A stretch of 63,797 bases of DNA, filler included, from Bacteroidales bacterium (lineage in GTDB: Bacteria > Bacteroidota > Bacteroidia > Bacteroidales > CAIWKO01), in the NCBI GenBank assembly GCA_035389045.1. It is 3 parts of 3 records of this genome, joined end to end, with 100 filler letters (N's around TTAATTAATTAA, not from the genome) between each part and the next. Parts side by side here need not be neighbours in the genome. Positions count along the whole stretch, not along the records: positions 1 to 28,839 come from DAOORA010000060.1; 2 more parts are not named here. One strand, 5' to 3'. Below the pieces are notes generated by a model. That model worked only from the letters and a program-made list of their open reading frames with translations, did no database searches and had not been told where the DNA came from. The stretch's first letter is position 1. Each line of letters opens with the position of its first letter. The translations under genes and the position numbers were made by a program. Below are positions 1 through 9,565 of this stretch, one piece after another.

Positions 1-246
1 CTTGCTGAATAAGGGTTTCAGAGGGGTATGGGCGGTTCAAGTGTCAAACCCAGGATACCATGTACTATGATAACAATTTTACTCATAATTTATTCGGGCT
101 TTCTGCGTGAGAAATGACCTGAATACAAACTTTTATCCGGTCAGCCGAAAGGCGGGTAGCACCGGATTTTTTATTCCGGAATTGTGAGCCGGGAAGGAAT
201 TCAATTCTTATATGCATTTCTTTTATATTTCTTGCTCAAAATCATT

Positions 247-1164
247 TTATCTGCAATTTACCGAAAAGTATTTTTTTGCCGTTTTATCACCTGATGAGGC
301 AGCTTTCTGAATATCAGAACATCCGCTTTGTTTTTGTCCGGAACTTATTTTAGCCAGCCCACGGTTAAAATAGGCATCAGGGCTGTCGGGTTCCAGTTGA
401 ATTACTTTGGTGTAATCGGCTATTGCTTTATCAAACTCGTTGCGGTCGTTATAAATATATGCGCGGTTAAAATATGCATCTGAGAACTTTTCATCAAATT
501 CTATTGCTTTGGTATAGCCGGCAAGGGCACTATCCGGGTCGCTGATAAGTTCGTAATCATAGGCCCTGTTGAAAAAGGCCCGGGCATTAGCCGAATCAAT
601 GCGGATAATAATGGAATAAAGGTCAATGGCGGTTTTATATTCTTCCAGGTCATTGTATATGCCGGCTAAAGCATCGTATCCTTTGACAGATAAGGGGAAC
701 ATGTGGATGTAGGTATTAAAATCATTTATAGCAGCAGTATCCTGTCCGTTTTTATGGAACAGGAGTCCCCTCTGTAAGTATACTTCACCATTATCAGGAT
801 TAGTTTCAGCGGCTTTGTTATAATCTAACATGGCATACCCGGATTTACCAAGCTGTGCGAACAGTTTTCCCCGGCTCAGATATGCTGTTTCATCATCGGG
901 CTTAAAGGTTAAAACACTTGAGTAATCATTTATGGCCTGTTTGTAATTCCCGGTTTTTTCATAAGCCATAGCACGATACATATAAGCATTGCTGTAGTCC
1001 GGTTTAATTTCTATGGCTTTTGTGAAGTCAGAGATCGCGTCGGGAAGATTATTGGCTTGTACATTGGTGATTCCGCTGGTATACCATTCATCACATGTCT
1101 GAGGGGTAGCAGTGATTCCTTTAAGCAGGAGAAATCCTATTAGTAATGTATACTTATATTTCAT
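247..1164 (-). CDS. Secreted tetratricopeptide-repeat (TPR) protein
   Basis: N-terminal signal peptide (MKYKYTLLIGFLLL), consecutive 34-aa TPR motifs (AYFNRAY..AIADYTKVIQLEPDSPDAYFNRG), C-terminal 'CSDIQKAASSG..A..Y...NC' cap. ATG at 1164 preferred over TTG at 1167. Confidence 0.9.
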   Translation of the reverse strand: MKYKYTLLIGFLLLKGITATPQTCDEWYTSGITNVQANNLPDAISDFTKAIEIKPDYSNAYMYRAMAYEKTGNYKQAINDYSSVLTFKPDDETAYLSRGKLFAQLGKSGYAMLDYNKAAETNPDNGEVYLQRGLLFHKNGQDTAAINDFNTYIHMFPLSVKGYDALAGIYNDLEEYKTAIDLYSIIIRIDSANARAFFNRAYDYELISDPDSALAGYTKAIEFDEKFSDAYFNRAYIYNDRNEFDKAIADYTKVIQLEPDSPDAYFNRGLAKISSGQKQSGCSDIQKAASSGDKTAKKYFSVNCR

Positions 1165-1253
1165 CAAACCGGAATTACTGCAAAAATAGTAATTATTCTA
1201 TCGGGCAAATAAATACTTAATTATTTTCTTTTTTAATATAAAAGCCGGGACTT

Positions 1254-1703
1254 ATGGCTGTAGTGGCGACACGACTGGCAGCAGCATGAGCCTTTCGCGT
1301 AGTCGTACGGCCACTTTCAGCCAGGGTAGAGCAGATTCTGATAGTGCCTGCCTGCATGGATGGGAAGGAAAGAAGGTACATGGCTGTAGTGGCGGCACGA
1401 CTGACAGCAGCATGAGCCTTTCGCGTAGTTGTACGGCCACTTTCAGTCAGGGCAGAGCAGATTCTGATAGTGCCTGCCTGCATGGAAGGGAAGGGAAAGA
1501 AGGTACATGGTTGTAGTGGCGGCACGACTGACAGCAGCATGAGCCTTTCGCATAGTCGTACGGCCACTTTCAGTCAGGGCAGAGCAGATTCTGATAGTGC
1601 CTGCCTGCATGGAAGGGAAGGGAAAGAAAGTACATGGCAGTAGTGGCGGCACGACTGGCAGCAGCATGAGCCTTTCGCGCAGTCGTACTGCCACTTTCAG
1701 CCA
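1254..1703. repeat. Tandem array of 3.5 near-identical 126-127 bp units, each with a ~70-bp imperfect inverted repeat (REP/BIME-like)
   Basis: Units start at 1254, 1380, 1507 and 1634 (partial). Core pairs TGGCTG/CAGCCA, AGTGGC/GCCACT, ACGACT/AGTCGT; constant ~57-bp linker. Confidence 0.95.
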
Positions 1704-1711
1704 AACCTTCC

Positions 1712-4700
1712 TTACTTTTTGACAAGCCCGTAGCTTTGTTCCAGCATCTCAAGTCTTTTCAGGATTTCTGAGTTTTGCGCCTCAAGTTTTCCGATGGTTG
1801 ACTTCTGCGATTCAATGATAGCCTGTTGTTCCTGTATGGCTTTGACAAGTACCGGTGTTAATTTTTCATAGCTCATGCTCCAGAGAGTATTTTCTTCATT
1901 TTCCGGTTTGTTGACTATTTCAGGAATTATTTTATAAATGTCTTGTGCGATAAAGCCGATATTGTAAACACCGGCATTATCTATCACAATTTTACCGTTC
2001 TCCGCCGTTGAGTTATGTTGCAGGTAGCTCACAGGTTTTAGTTTCAGCACAGCATCAATACCGTAGTTGATTTCTTTAACGTCGCTTTTTATTCTATTAT
2101 CTGAATATGTAGTCCAAGCGTAAGCTCTGCCCGATCCTGTTCCAATGATGGCACTGTTGGGCAACTCAACAGCATAGGTCGGATTATTCACCGTTTGTAT
2201 CCCTATACGTCCGTTCTTAATATTGACGTTTCCTGCCTGATAGATATATATGTTTTCTGATGTGTTGTCAAATCCAATGGCGCCTTTGTATATGGCATCC
2301 TGGAAAAAGTTCATTTCGGCCAGGGTACTGTCAGCCGCAGCTATCCTTATTCTGGCTGTTCCACTGGTATTTCTCACATGCAGTATTTCACCGGGAGCAT
2401 CGGTACCAATACCCACTTTGCCGTTTTTCATCACGGTCATGGCATTGCTGAGACTCGAAGAACTTGTACCATTACCGATAACGAAAAGACGGTCGTTGGA
2501 ATTCCAGGTGATGGAACTGCCCGGAGAGTAAGAAGTATTATATCTTCCTACCACCATTTCATAGGCCGAGGGAGTTGTAGTATAACTTCCCATAGCTATA
2601 GAATAATTACCGGTAGTTGCCGTATTGTTACCTATTGCCACAGAGGTGGAGCCTGAAGCAGTACAATAATAACCCAGGGCGGTAGCGTATTGGCCAAAAG
2701 TTGTTGTACCATAACCAATAGCGTTACCTGCTAAATTATTGGCGTATGCCATCCATCCGAGCGCGACGGAATAGTCCCCCAAAGCGGTTGGATTATATCC
2801 TACAGCAAAAGAAAAATCACCAGAAGCATTTGATGCATAGCCCAACGCTGTAGCATTGATGCCTGAAGCCATTGAACTGCTGCCAAAGGCGGTAGAACCC
2901 TCTCCCCGGGCTTTGGCTAAATGTCCCATGGCAACAGAATAGTTTCCCAAAGCCTGACAAAAATAACCCGAGGCTGTTGAATAATTTCCTGAGGCAGTTG
3001 AAACATATCCCATCGCTGTTGAAGCATATCCTTTTGCCCTGGTATTGTAACCCAACCCGACAGATATTTTTCCGATACTATCCGTATCCCAATATGCTCC
3101 ATCAACATACCCAGCTCTGAAAGCCGCTTTGTCAGGATACCACATCATGCGCGTTCCCGCCCCTGTTGCAGGAGCTGCACCCGGGCTTGAAGATTTATAG
3201 GATCCTGCAAAAAGCACATTGCCTCCGCCTGTAGCTGTGCCCGATGCATGGAGCAAGGCAGTCGGCGTTGATGTGCCAAATCCTGTATTTCCATTTTTTA
3301 GTACCACCATGGCATCGCTTTTTGCTGTTGAACCGGTACCATTACCAATCACAAACAGACGGTCTGCAGCATTCCATCCAGTTGTATTAAGAGGAGCATA
3401 ATCTGTATTAAGCAGTCCAATTACGGTTTCATAACATGAGGGTGCAGTTGTTTCATATCCCATTGCTGTTGAATAATTTCCTGAGGCAGTTGAACCATAT
3501 CCTATTGCTGTTGAAACAGTTCCTGAAGCAGTTGAATAATATCCCAATGCTGTTGAATAATATCCTGAAGCGGTTGAATAATAACCCATTGCTGTTGAAC
3601 TATATCCTGAAGCACTTGTATTCAATCCCATTGCTGTTGAATTATTTCCTGAAGCGGTTGTGTTAGATCCCATTGCTGTTGAATAATGTCCTGAAGCAGC
3701 TGTATTATCTCCCATTGCTGTTGAATTATTTCCTGAAGCAGCTGTATTATCTCCCATTGCTGTTGAACCCGGTTTTGAAGCATTTGTCATAAATCCCATT
3801 GCTGTTGAATAATTTCCTGAAGCAGTTGTATAATATCCCATTGCTGTTGAACTATATCCTTTTGCCTTGGTATTGCAACCCAACCCGACAGATATTTTTC
3901 CGATACTATCCGTATCCCAATATGCCCAATCAACATTTCCGGCTCTGAAAGCTGCTTTATCCGGGTACCACATCATGCGGGTACCCGGCCCTGTTGCCGG
4001 CGCAGGCCCCGGGTTGGAAGATTTATATTCCCCGGTAAACAAGACATTACCGTTGCCTGTAGCAGTATGGTGTATATGCAGAAGAGCCGCAGGGCTTGCT
4101 GTACCTATACCCACATTGCCGGAATTGGTATTAAAGATATTGTTTCCGCTCTTATTCCATAACGTATCCCTGTATGAGGCAATATTAACATAACCGCCGT
4201 TACTAAGATAGATGGTATCATGAGCTATACTTAATACCTGCAGCTCATTGGTCACCGAACCATCAACTTCAAGGTCAAGTTTATCATTCCAGTTCGCCGT
4301 GTCTGCTGCCGTGATGCTGCCTGCCACCGAAACACCAAAAACAGGGTCGGTTTCCGGATAAGTTCCGGAAACACTGTCTGCCGTTTTGGAATGTAAGGCA
4401 TAAGGTACGCTGATAAGTTGTGTCACACCCATGGTGGTATAAGCAGTTCCACCGCTTTGATCAAGTTCCACTTTAATAAAATAAGAACCATTTGTCCAGT
4501 TTATTCCTGTCATGCTTCCATATTGCGGATTGCCGGCACCGATCTTAAGCACAGAAATTCCATAAGAATTTGTTGTGTCTTTTTGTGTTTCAACATATAC
4601 AGATGCGCCATACATTGAGCCCTGAAGGATACTGAGCCGGAATGATACCGCCTGATTTGACAGAATATTACCTGCATTATCCCTTACCACTGCCTGATAG

Positions 4701-4801
4701 TTGAACATTTCCGGCGCCTGTGCGAAAGACGATGTGATGATGGACTGACTAACTAATGTTACAATCAAAATTGCTGCAAATTTCAGAATGTGTGTTTTCA
4801 T
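1712..4801 (-). CDS. Fibre gene A: secreted trimeric fibre/adhesin-like protein, YadA-head (Hep_Hag) repeats plus C-terminal Peptidase_S74 chaperone
   Basis: Signal peptide ending SFA-Q; N-domain NYQAVVRD...SVPYAL; 14-aa repeats ASGxxSTAMGxxTx; two RMMWYPDKAAFRAG connector modules; SDNRIK motif, GFIAQD, terminal coiled coil. Confidence 0.9.
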   Translation of the reverse strand: MKTHILKFAAILIVTLVSQSIITSSFAQAPEMFNYQAVVRDNAGNILSNQAVSFRLSILQGSMYGASVYVETQKDTTNSYGISVLKIGAGNPQYGSMTGINWTNGSYFIKVELDQSGGTAYTTMGVTQLISVPYALHSKTADSVSGTYPETDPVFGVSVAGSITAADTANWNDKLDLEVDGSVTNELQVLSIAHDTIYLSNGGYVNIASYRDTLWNKSGNNIFNTNSGNVGIGTASPAALLHIHHTATGNGNVLFTGEYKSSNPGPAPATGPGTRMMWYPDKAAFRAGNVDWAYWDTDSIGKISVGLGCNTKAKGYSSTAMGYYTTASGNYSTAMGFMTNASKPGSTAMGDNTAASGNNSTAMGDNTAASGHYSTAMGSNTTASGNNSTAMGLNTSASGYSSTAMGYYSTASGYYSTALGYYSTASGTVSTAIGYGSTASGNYSTAMGYETTAPSCYETVIGLLNTDYAPLNTTGWNAADRLFVIGNGTGSTAKSDAMVVLKNGNTGFGTSTPTALLHASGTATGGGNVLFAGSYKSSSPGAAPATGAGTRMMWYPDKAAFRAGYVDGAYWDTDSIGKISVGLGYNTRAKGYASTAMGYVSTASGNYSTASGYFCQALGNYSVAMGHLAKARGEGSTAFGSSSMASGINATALGYASNASGDFSFAVGYNPTALGDYSVALGWMAYANNLAGNAIGYGTTTFGQYATALGYYCTASGSTSVAIGNNTATTGNYSIAMGSYTTTPSAYEMVVGRYNTSYSPGSSITWNSNDRLFVIGNGTSSSSLSNAMTVMKNGKVGIGTDAPGEILHVRNTSGTARIRIAAADSTLAEMNFFQDAIYKGAIGFDNTSENIYIYQAGNVNIKNGRIGIQTVNNPTYAVELPNSAIIGTGSGRAYAWTTYSDNRIKSDVKEINYGIDAVLKLKPVSYLQHNSTAENGKIVIDNAGVYNIGFIAQDIYKIIPEIVNKPENEENTLWSMSYEKLTPVLVKAIQEQQAIIESQKSTIGKLEAQNSEILKRLEMLEQSYGLVKK
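3459..3860. repeat. Ten in-frame 42-bp tandem repeats encoding 14-aa head repeats of fibre gene A
   Basis: CCCATTGCTGTTGAA-like motif recurs every 42 bp from 3459 to 3837. Confidence 0.9.
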
Positions 4802-4862
4802 TTTTTTATTATTTGGATTATAATTTTGATTTGATGATTAAAGGATTTGAATAATTTAAGAC

Positions 4863-5212
4863 TTTTCATAAAATCAAAAAAGTATTACCGGACATTTTTG
4901 ATTCAAAATCTGTCTTGAGAAAATTTTTTCATTACTCCCTGTCAGGTTCCAAAAATATGGTATAAGACATATCAGGTGTACATTTATTAGAACAGAAAAA
5001 TAACCTTTTCAGAAGTTGAAAAAATTTTTATAAATATATATATAAATTTACCGGTGTGCAATAAAAAATATTGCTCACCTTTTATTATACCTGTAATTAT
5101 TAGAAATTCAGAATATTATTTTTTAACAATCAAACAAATATATGTATTACAATATTTTATACTTACAGAATGATGCGACAGGCTTGCGCTTATCCAAATT
5201 GACCTTCCGATT
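4863..5212 (-). promoter_or_regulatory. Upstream non-coding region of fibre gene A, homologous to 9181-9526
   Basis: Colinear shared blocks, e.g. TTACCGGA, GATTCAAAA, TTGAGAAAA, TATAAGACAYATCAGGTGT, TATAAATATATA, AGAAATTCAG, CAGGCT, CTTCCG. Confidence 0.7.
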
Positions 5213-5237
5213 CTAAAAGACTATTTTTACGAGAGCA

Positions 5238-8200
5238 TCATTTATTTATGAGCTGTTTTAAATCATTGATCTGTTTTTGCAAGGCTTCGATTTTCTGGTC
5301 CTGTCCTGCAATGGTTTTCTGTTGTGATTCTAACATTATTTGCTGTTCCTGTATGGCTTTGGTGAGCACAGGCACTAATTTTTCGTACGACATGCTCCAG
5401 AGTGTGTTTTCTTCGTTTTGGGGTTTGCTTACAGCTTCGGGTATCACATGAAAGACATCCTGCGCAATAAATCCAATATTCGCCGTGCCGGTATTTTCGA
5501 TTAGGAGTTTACCGTCTTTGACAGAAGAATTATGTTGTAAATAATTTACCGGTTTTAATTTCATCACATCCCTGATCCCGTAGCTGATCGGATTTATATC
5601 AGATTTTATCCTTTTATCCGAGTAAGTGGCCCAGGCGTAAGCCCTGCCCGATCCTGTGCCAATGGTAGCGCTGTTGGGCAGTTCAACGGCATAGGTCGGG
5701 TTGGTCACAGACTGTATCCCGATGCGTCCGTTCTTGAAAATGACGTTTCCTGCCTGATAGATATAGATGTTTTCTGATGTGTTATCAAATCCAATGGCGC
5801 CTTTGTATGTTGCATCCTGGAAAAAGTTTACTTCGGCCAGGTTACTGTCAGCCGCGGCTATCCTTATTTTTGCTGCCCCGCCGGCATTTCTCACATGCAG
5901 CATTTCCCCGGGGGTATCTGAACCAATTCCAACTTTGCCGTTTTTCATCACGGTCAAGGCGTTGCTGAGAGCCGAGGAACTTGTACCATTACCGATAACG
6001 AAAAGACGGTCGTTGGTATACCAGGTGGCAGAACTACCCGGAGTGTAATAAGTATTATATCTTCCTACCACCATTTCGTATGCCGAGGGGGTTGTCGTGT
6101 AACTTCCCATAGCAATAGAGTAATTACCGGTGGTTGCCGTATTGTTACCTATTGCCATAGCTGCAGAGCCTGATGCCGTACATTGATAACCCAGGGCTGT
6201 GGCATACTGGCCATAAGTCGTTGTTTCATAGCCAATAGCGTTGCCTGCAAAATTATTGGCATATGCCATCCATCCGAGAGCGATGGAATTGCTTCCCAAA
6301 GCTGTCGGATTATATCCGGCAGCAAAGGAGTAAGGTCCATGAGCATTTGCTGCGTAGCCCAAAGCAGTAGCATTGGTTCCTGAAGCCAACGAACTGCTGC
6401 CAAATGCGGTAGCACCTTCACCCAGGGCTTTTGCTAAATCACCCATGGCGACAGATTTGTTTCCTGAAGCTAAACAGTTATAACCCGATGCTGTTGAATA
6501 ATTTCCTTTTGCCCTGGTATTAAAACCAAAACCAGCCGAAAAATATCCTGTGCTATCCGTATCCCAATATGCCCCATTAACAGATCCGGCTCTGAAAGCC
6601 GCTTTATCCGGGTACCACATCATGCGTGTTCCTGCCCCTGATGCAGGCGCTGCACCCGGACTTGATGATTTATAGGAACCGGCAAAAAGCACATTGCCTC
6701 CGCCGGTAGCAGTGCCCGATGTATGTAGCAAGGCAGCAGGCACATCTGTACCAATGCCGGTGTTCCCGTTTTTTAATATAGTCACCGCATTGCTTCTTAC
6801 TGATGTAGATGTTCCGTTCCCGATGACAAAAAGACGGTCGGTGGTCCCCCAGCCATTTGGATTTCCGGGTGTATATATGGTATTAAAAGATCCAACGGCA
6901 GTCTCTGTATAAGAATAGGCACCTGTTCCGATTCCCATTGCTGTTGAACAATATTCTGAAGCAGTTGTATAATATCCCATCGCCGTGGAAACAGGCCCTG
7001 AAGCAGTTGACAAGTATCCCATAGCTGTTGAATAATTTGCTGAAGCAGTTGACGCGTTTCCCATCGCTGTTGAATAATCTCCTGAAGCAGTTGTGTTATT
7101 ACCCATTGCTGTGGAAGAAGAACCAACAGCATTTGTGCCGTAACCCATCGCAGTGGAATAACTCCCTGATGCCGAAGTTTTGTCACCCATTGCAGTAGCA
7201 ACAATGCCTTTTGCTTTTGTATTGAATCCGAAAGCTACTGAAAAATTTCCTATGCTGTCTGTGTCCCAGCAATTGGGATCGGAAGCGGCAATATGTCCCG
7301 CCCTGAATGCTCCTTTATCGGGATACCACATCATGCGCGTACCTATACCTGATGCCGGCGCTGTACCCGGGCCGGAGGACTTATAAGATCCGACAAATAA
7401 AACATTCCCTGCTCCGGTGCCGGTACCGTATGTTTGTAACAATGCTGTGGGTGTGGACGTTCCTATCCCGACATTTCCAGTGTTTTTGTTGTATATATTT
7501 TGCCCGGCAGTATCCCAAAGCGAAGAAGTTATTAATTGACCCTTAGTAATAAATTCATTATTACTGATTGCATCAGAACCGGAGACAGTACCTGAAAATG
7601 ATCCATTACCCGCCACCTGAAGCTTGGAAGTTGGGGTGGATGTGCCGATGCCTGTGTTTCCATTTTTTAATATGGTTAGCGCATTGCTTCTGATTGTGGA
7701 ACCGGTACCATTTCCCACAACGAAAAGCCGGTCGCTCGATATCCATGCCGTTGTACTTGCAGGTGTATAGGTGGTATTACAACTTCCGACAACAAATTCG
7801 CAAAAAGACGGAGCAATGGAAAAAGTTCCCATGGCTGTAGAATTATTGCCGGAAGCTTCTGAACTATAACCTGTAGCAGTGGAAGCATACGCTGAAGCAT
7901 TGGAATAAAAACCATATGCAGTAGAATTGACTCCCGAGGCATTGCTAAAGGAACCTAACGCTATTGAATTGGGCCCTGAAGCCGTTACCAAATAACCCAT
8001 GGCAACAGAATGAGCGCCTGAAGCATTTGATTCGTTGCCTGTTGCTGTGGATGCACTTCCTGTAGCATTTGTTTTGTATCCGGCAGCAATAGAATAGTCG
8101 CCGGCGGCAATTGTCTGATAACCTAAAGCTGTGGATGCTCCTCCTGATGCCGTATCGTATAACCCGAGAGCCACGGCAGCGCTTCCGGAAGCATAAGGAC

Positions 8201-9053
8201 CGACGCCCATGGCAACAGAATAATTATGAGAAGCTATTGAATTATATCCTGCCGCAAATGACCCCATCCCTTTGGCTTTCGTATCATAACCACTGGCAAA
8301 AGAGAAAGCTCCGATACTGTCGGTATTCCAGTGTGCCCCTGTTACATATCCTTCGCGGAAAGCTGCTTTATCAGGATACCACATCATACGCGTACCGGTA
8401 CCTTCAACGGGTGCAGGTCCGGGAGTTAACATCTTATAATCACCTTCAAATAATACATTGCCTCCACCTGCACCCATGCCATATGTGTGAAGCATTGCAG
8501 CCGGGCTGGCTGTACCAACCCCCATACGGGTACCGTTATTATATAAAAAACTATTGGCTGTCCATGCCGTTCCATCATGCCTGAGAGTCTGGCCGGACGA
8601 TCCTGCCATGCCAAAGGTATTGGCTTTCTCAGCGTTAAGTGCATAAGGAACGCTCACTAGCTGGGTGACGCCAAAGGTGCTCCAGGTGTAACCTCCGGTT
8701 GGCCCGTTGGCATCGAGTTGTATTTCCAGGTATTTTTCGCCTGAAGCCCAGTTGATGGAGGAGAAACTGGTGCTCGGGTTGCTTCCGCCGCCGATCTTCA
8801 GGCTGACAAGCCCGTACTGGTTGGTTACCGCGTCATGTGTTTCATGGTACACGTCAGTGCCGGTGGATGATCCGTCACGTATGATCATCATAAGACTTAC
8901 GCTCTGGCTGGCTAAAATATTTCCTGATGAGTCACGCACCACTGCCTGATAATTTATTTTTTGAGGAGCCTGTGCGAAAGACGATGTGATAATTAGCTGA
9001 TTAGCTAATGTGATCATTAAAATTGCAACAAATTTTTGAATGTGTGTTTTCAT
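5238..9053 (-). CDS. Fibre gene B: secreted YadA-head repeat protein with Peptidase_S74 chaperone (three connector/head modules)
   Basis: Same architecture as gene A; three RMMWYPDKxAFRxG modules; SDKRIK motif; GFIAQD; coiled-coil end. Confidence 0.9.
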   Translation of the reverse strand: MKTHIQKFVAILMITLANQLIITSSFAQAPQKINYQAVVRDSSGNILASQSVSLMMIIRDGSSTGTDVYHETHDAVTNQYGLVSLKIGGGSNPSTSFSSINWASGEKYLEIQLDANGPTGGYTWSTFGVTQLVSVPYALNAEKANTFGMAGSSGQTLRHDGTAWTANSFLYNNGTRMGVGTASPAAMLHTYGMGAGGGNVLFEGDYKMLTPGPAPVEGTGTRMMWYPDKAAFREGYVTGAHWNTDSIGAFSFASGYDTKAKGMGSFAAGYNSIASHNYSVAMGVGPYASGSAAVALGLYDTASGGASTALGYQTIAAGDYSIAAGYKTNATGSASTATGNESNASGAHSVAMGYLVTASGPNSIALGSFSNASGVNSTAYGFYSNASAYASTATGYSSEASGNNSTAMGTFSIAPSFCEFVVGSCNTTYTPASTTAWISSDRLFVVGNGTGSTIRSNALTILKNGNTGIGTSTPTSKLQVAGNGSFSGTVSGSDAISNNEFITKGQLITSSLWDTAGQNIYNKNTGNVGIGTSTPTALLQTYGTGTGAGNVLFVGSYKSSGPGTAPASGIGTRMMWYPDKGAFRAGHIAASDPNCWDTDSIGNFSVAFGFNTKAKGIVATAMGDKTSASGSYSTAMGYGTNAVGSSSTAMGNNTTASGDYSTAMGNASTASANYSTAMGYLSTASGPVSTAMGYYTTASEYCSTAMGIGTGAYSYTETAVGSFNTIYTPGNPNGWGTTDRLFVIGNGTSTSVRSNAVTILKNGNTGIGTDVPAALLHTSGTATGGGNVLFAGSYKSSSPGAAPASGAGTRMMWYPDKAAFRAGSVNGAYWDTDSTGYFSAGFGFNTRAKGNYSTASGYNCLASGNKSVAMGDLAKALGEGATAFGSSSLASGTNATALGYAANAHGPYSFAAGYNPTALGSNSIALGWMAYANNFAGNAIGYETTTYGQYATALGYQCTASGSAAMAIGNNTATTGNYSIAMGSYTTTPSAYEMVVGRYNTYYTPGSSATWYTNDRLFVIGNGTSSSALSNALTVMKNGKVGIGSDTPGEMLHVRNAGGAAKIRIAAADSNLAEVNFFQDATYKGAIGFDNTSENIYIYQAGNVIFKNGRIGIQSVTNPTYAVELPNSATIGTGSGRAYAWATYSDKRIKSDINPISYGIRDVMKLKPVNYLQHNSSVKDGKLLIENTGTANIGFIAQDVFHVIPEAVSKPQNEENTLWSMSYEKLVPVLTKAIQEQQIMLESQQKTIAGQDQKIEALQKQINDLKQLINK

Positions 9054-9180
9054 TTTCTTATCATTTGGTTTGTAATTTTGCTTTTAAATGAGTTCCTCAT
9101 TTTGTTTCAATTCATTCGGAATATTTGCTGATTCGCTGATGTGATCAAGTGACAAATAAAGGATGAAAGTAATTGATGTT

Positions 9181-9526
9181 TTTTCATAAATTTACAAAAA
9201 ACTTACCGGATATCATGATTCAAAACTATATTGAGAAAAATTTTTCTATACTGCCTGCCGGGTTACAATAATATAGTATAAGACACATCAGGTGTGCAAT
9301 TATTAATACAGGAAAATACCTTTTCCAGACAGTGAAAAAATTGTATAAATATATATAAAAAGTTTCTGGTTTACAAAAAAAAAGAATCCTGACTTTTTAT
9401 AATACTCGTAATTTTAAGAAATTCAGTATATTATATTGAATGAATATAATAAATATAAATAATATGATATTTTGCTCTTGCAAAATGGTGGGGCAGGCTC
9501 GTGTTTACCCAAACCTATCTTCCGTT
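9181..9526 (-). promoter_or_regulatory. Upstream non-coding region of fibre gene B, homologous to 4863-5212
   Basis: Colinear alignment by eye with the gene A upstream region over ~350 bp. Confidence 0.7.
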
Positions 9527-9565
9527 TACTTCATGTTGAATTACCTGACTTCTTTAACGAATTCA

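Noticed and set aside
1..175. Possible gene end (frame 2, stop at 68-70), a tRNA-like GGTTCAAG, and a hairpin ATCCGGT...ACCGGAT with a GAAA loop (136-168)
   Set aside because: Truncated by the window edge; no cloverleaf. The hairpin may be a terminator but cannot be assigned.
1254..1703. CRISPR array, integron attC array or hammerhead ribozymes
   Set aside because: Linkers are constant rather than unique spacers; no cas or integrase gene; no RYYYAAC/GTTRRRY ends; no intact CUGANGA core.
1217..1752. Five short ORFs over the repeat array
   Set aside because: Translations of the non-triplet repeat in shifting frames, with no protein features.
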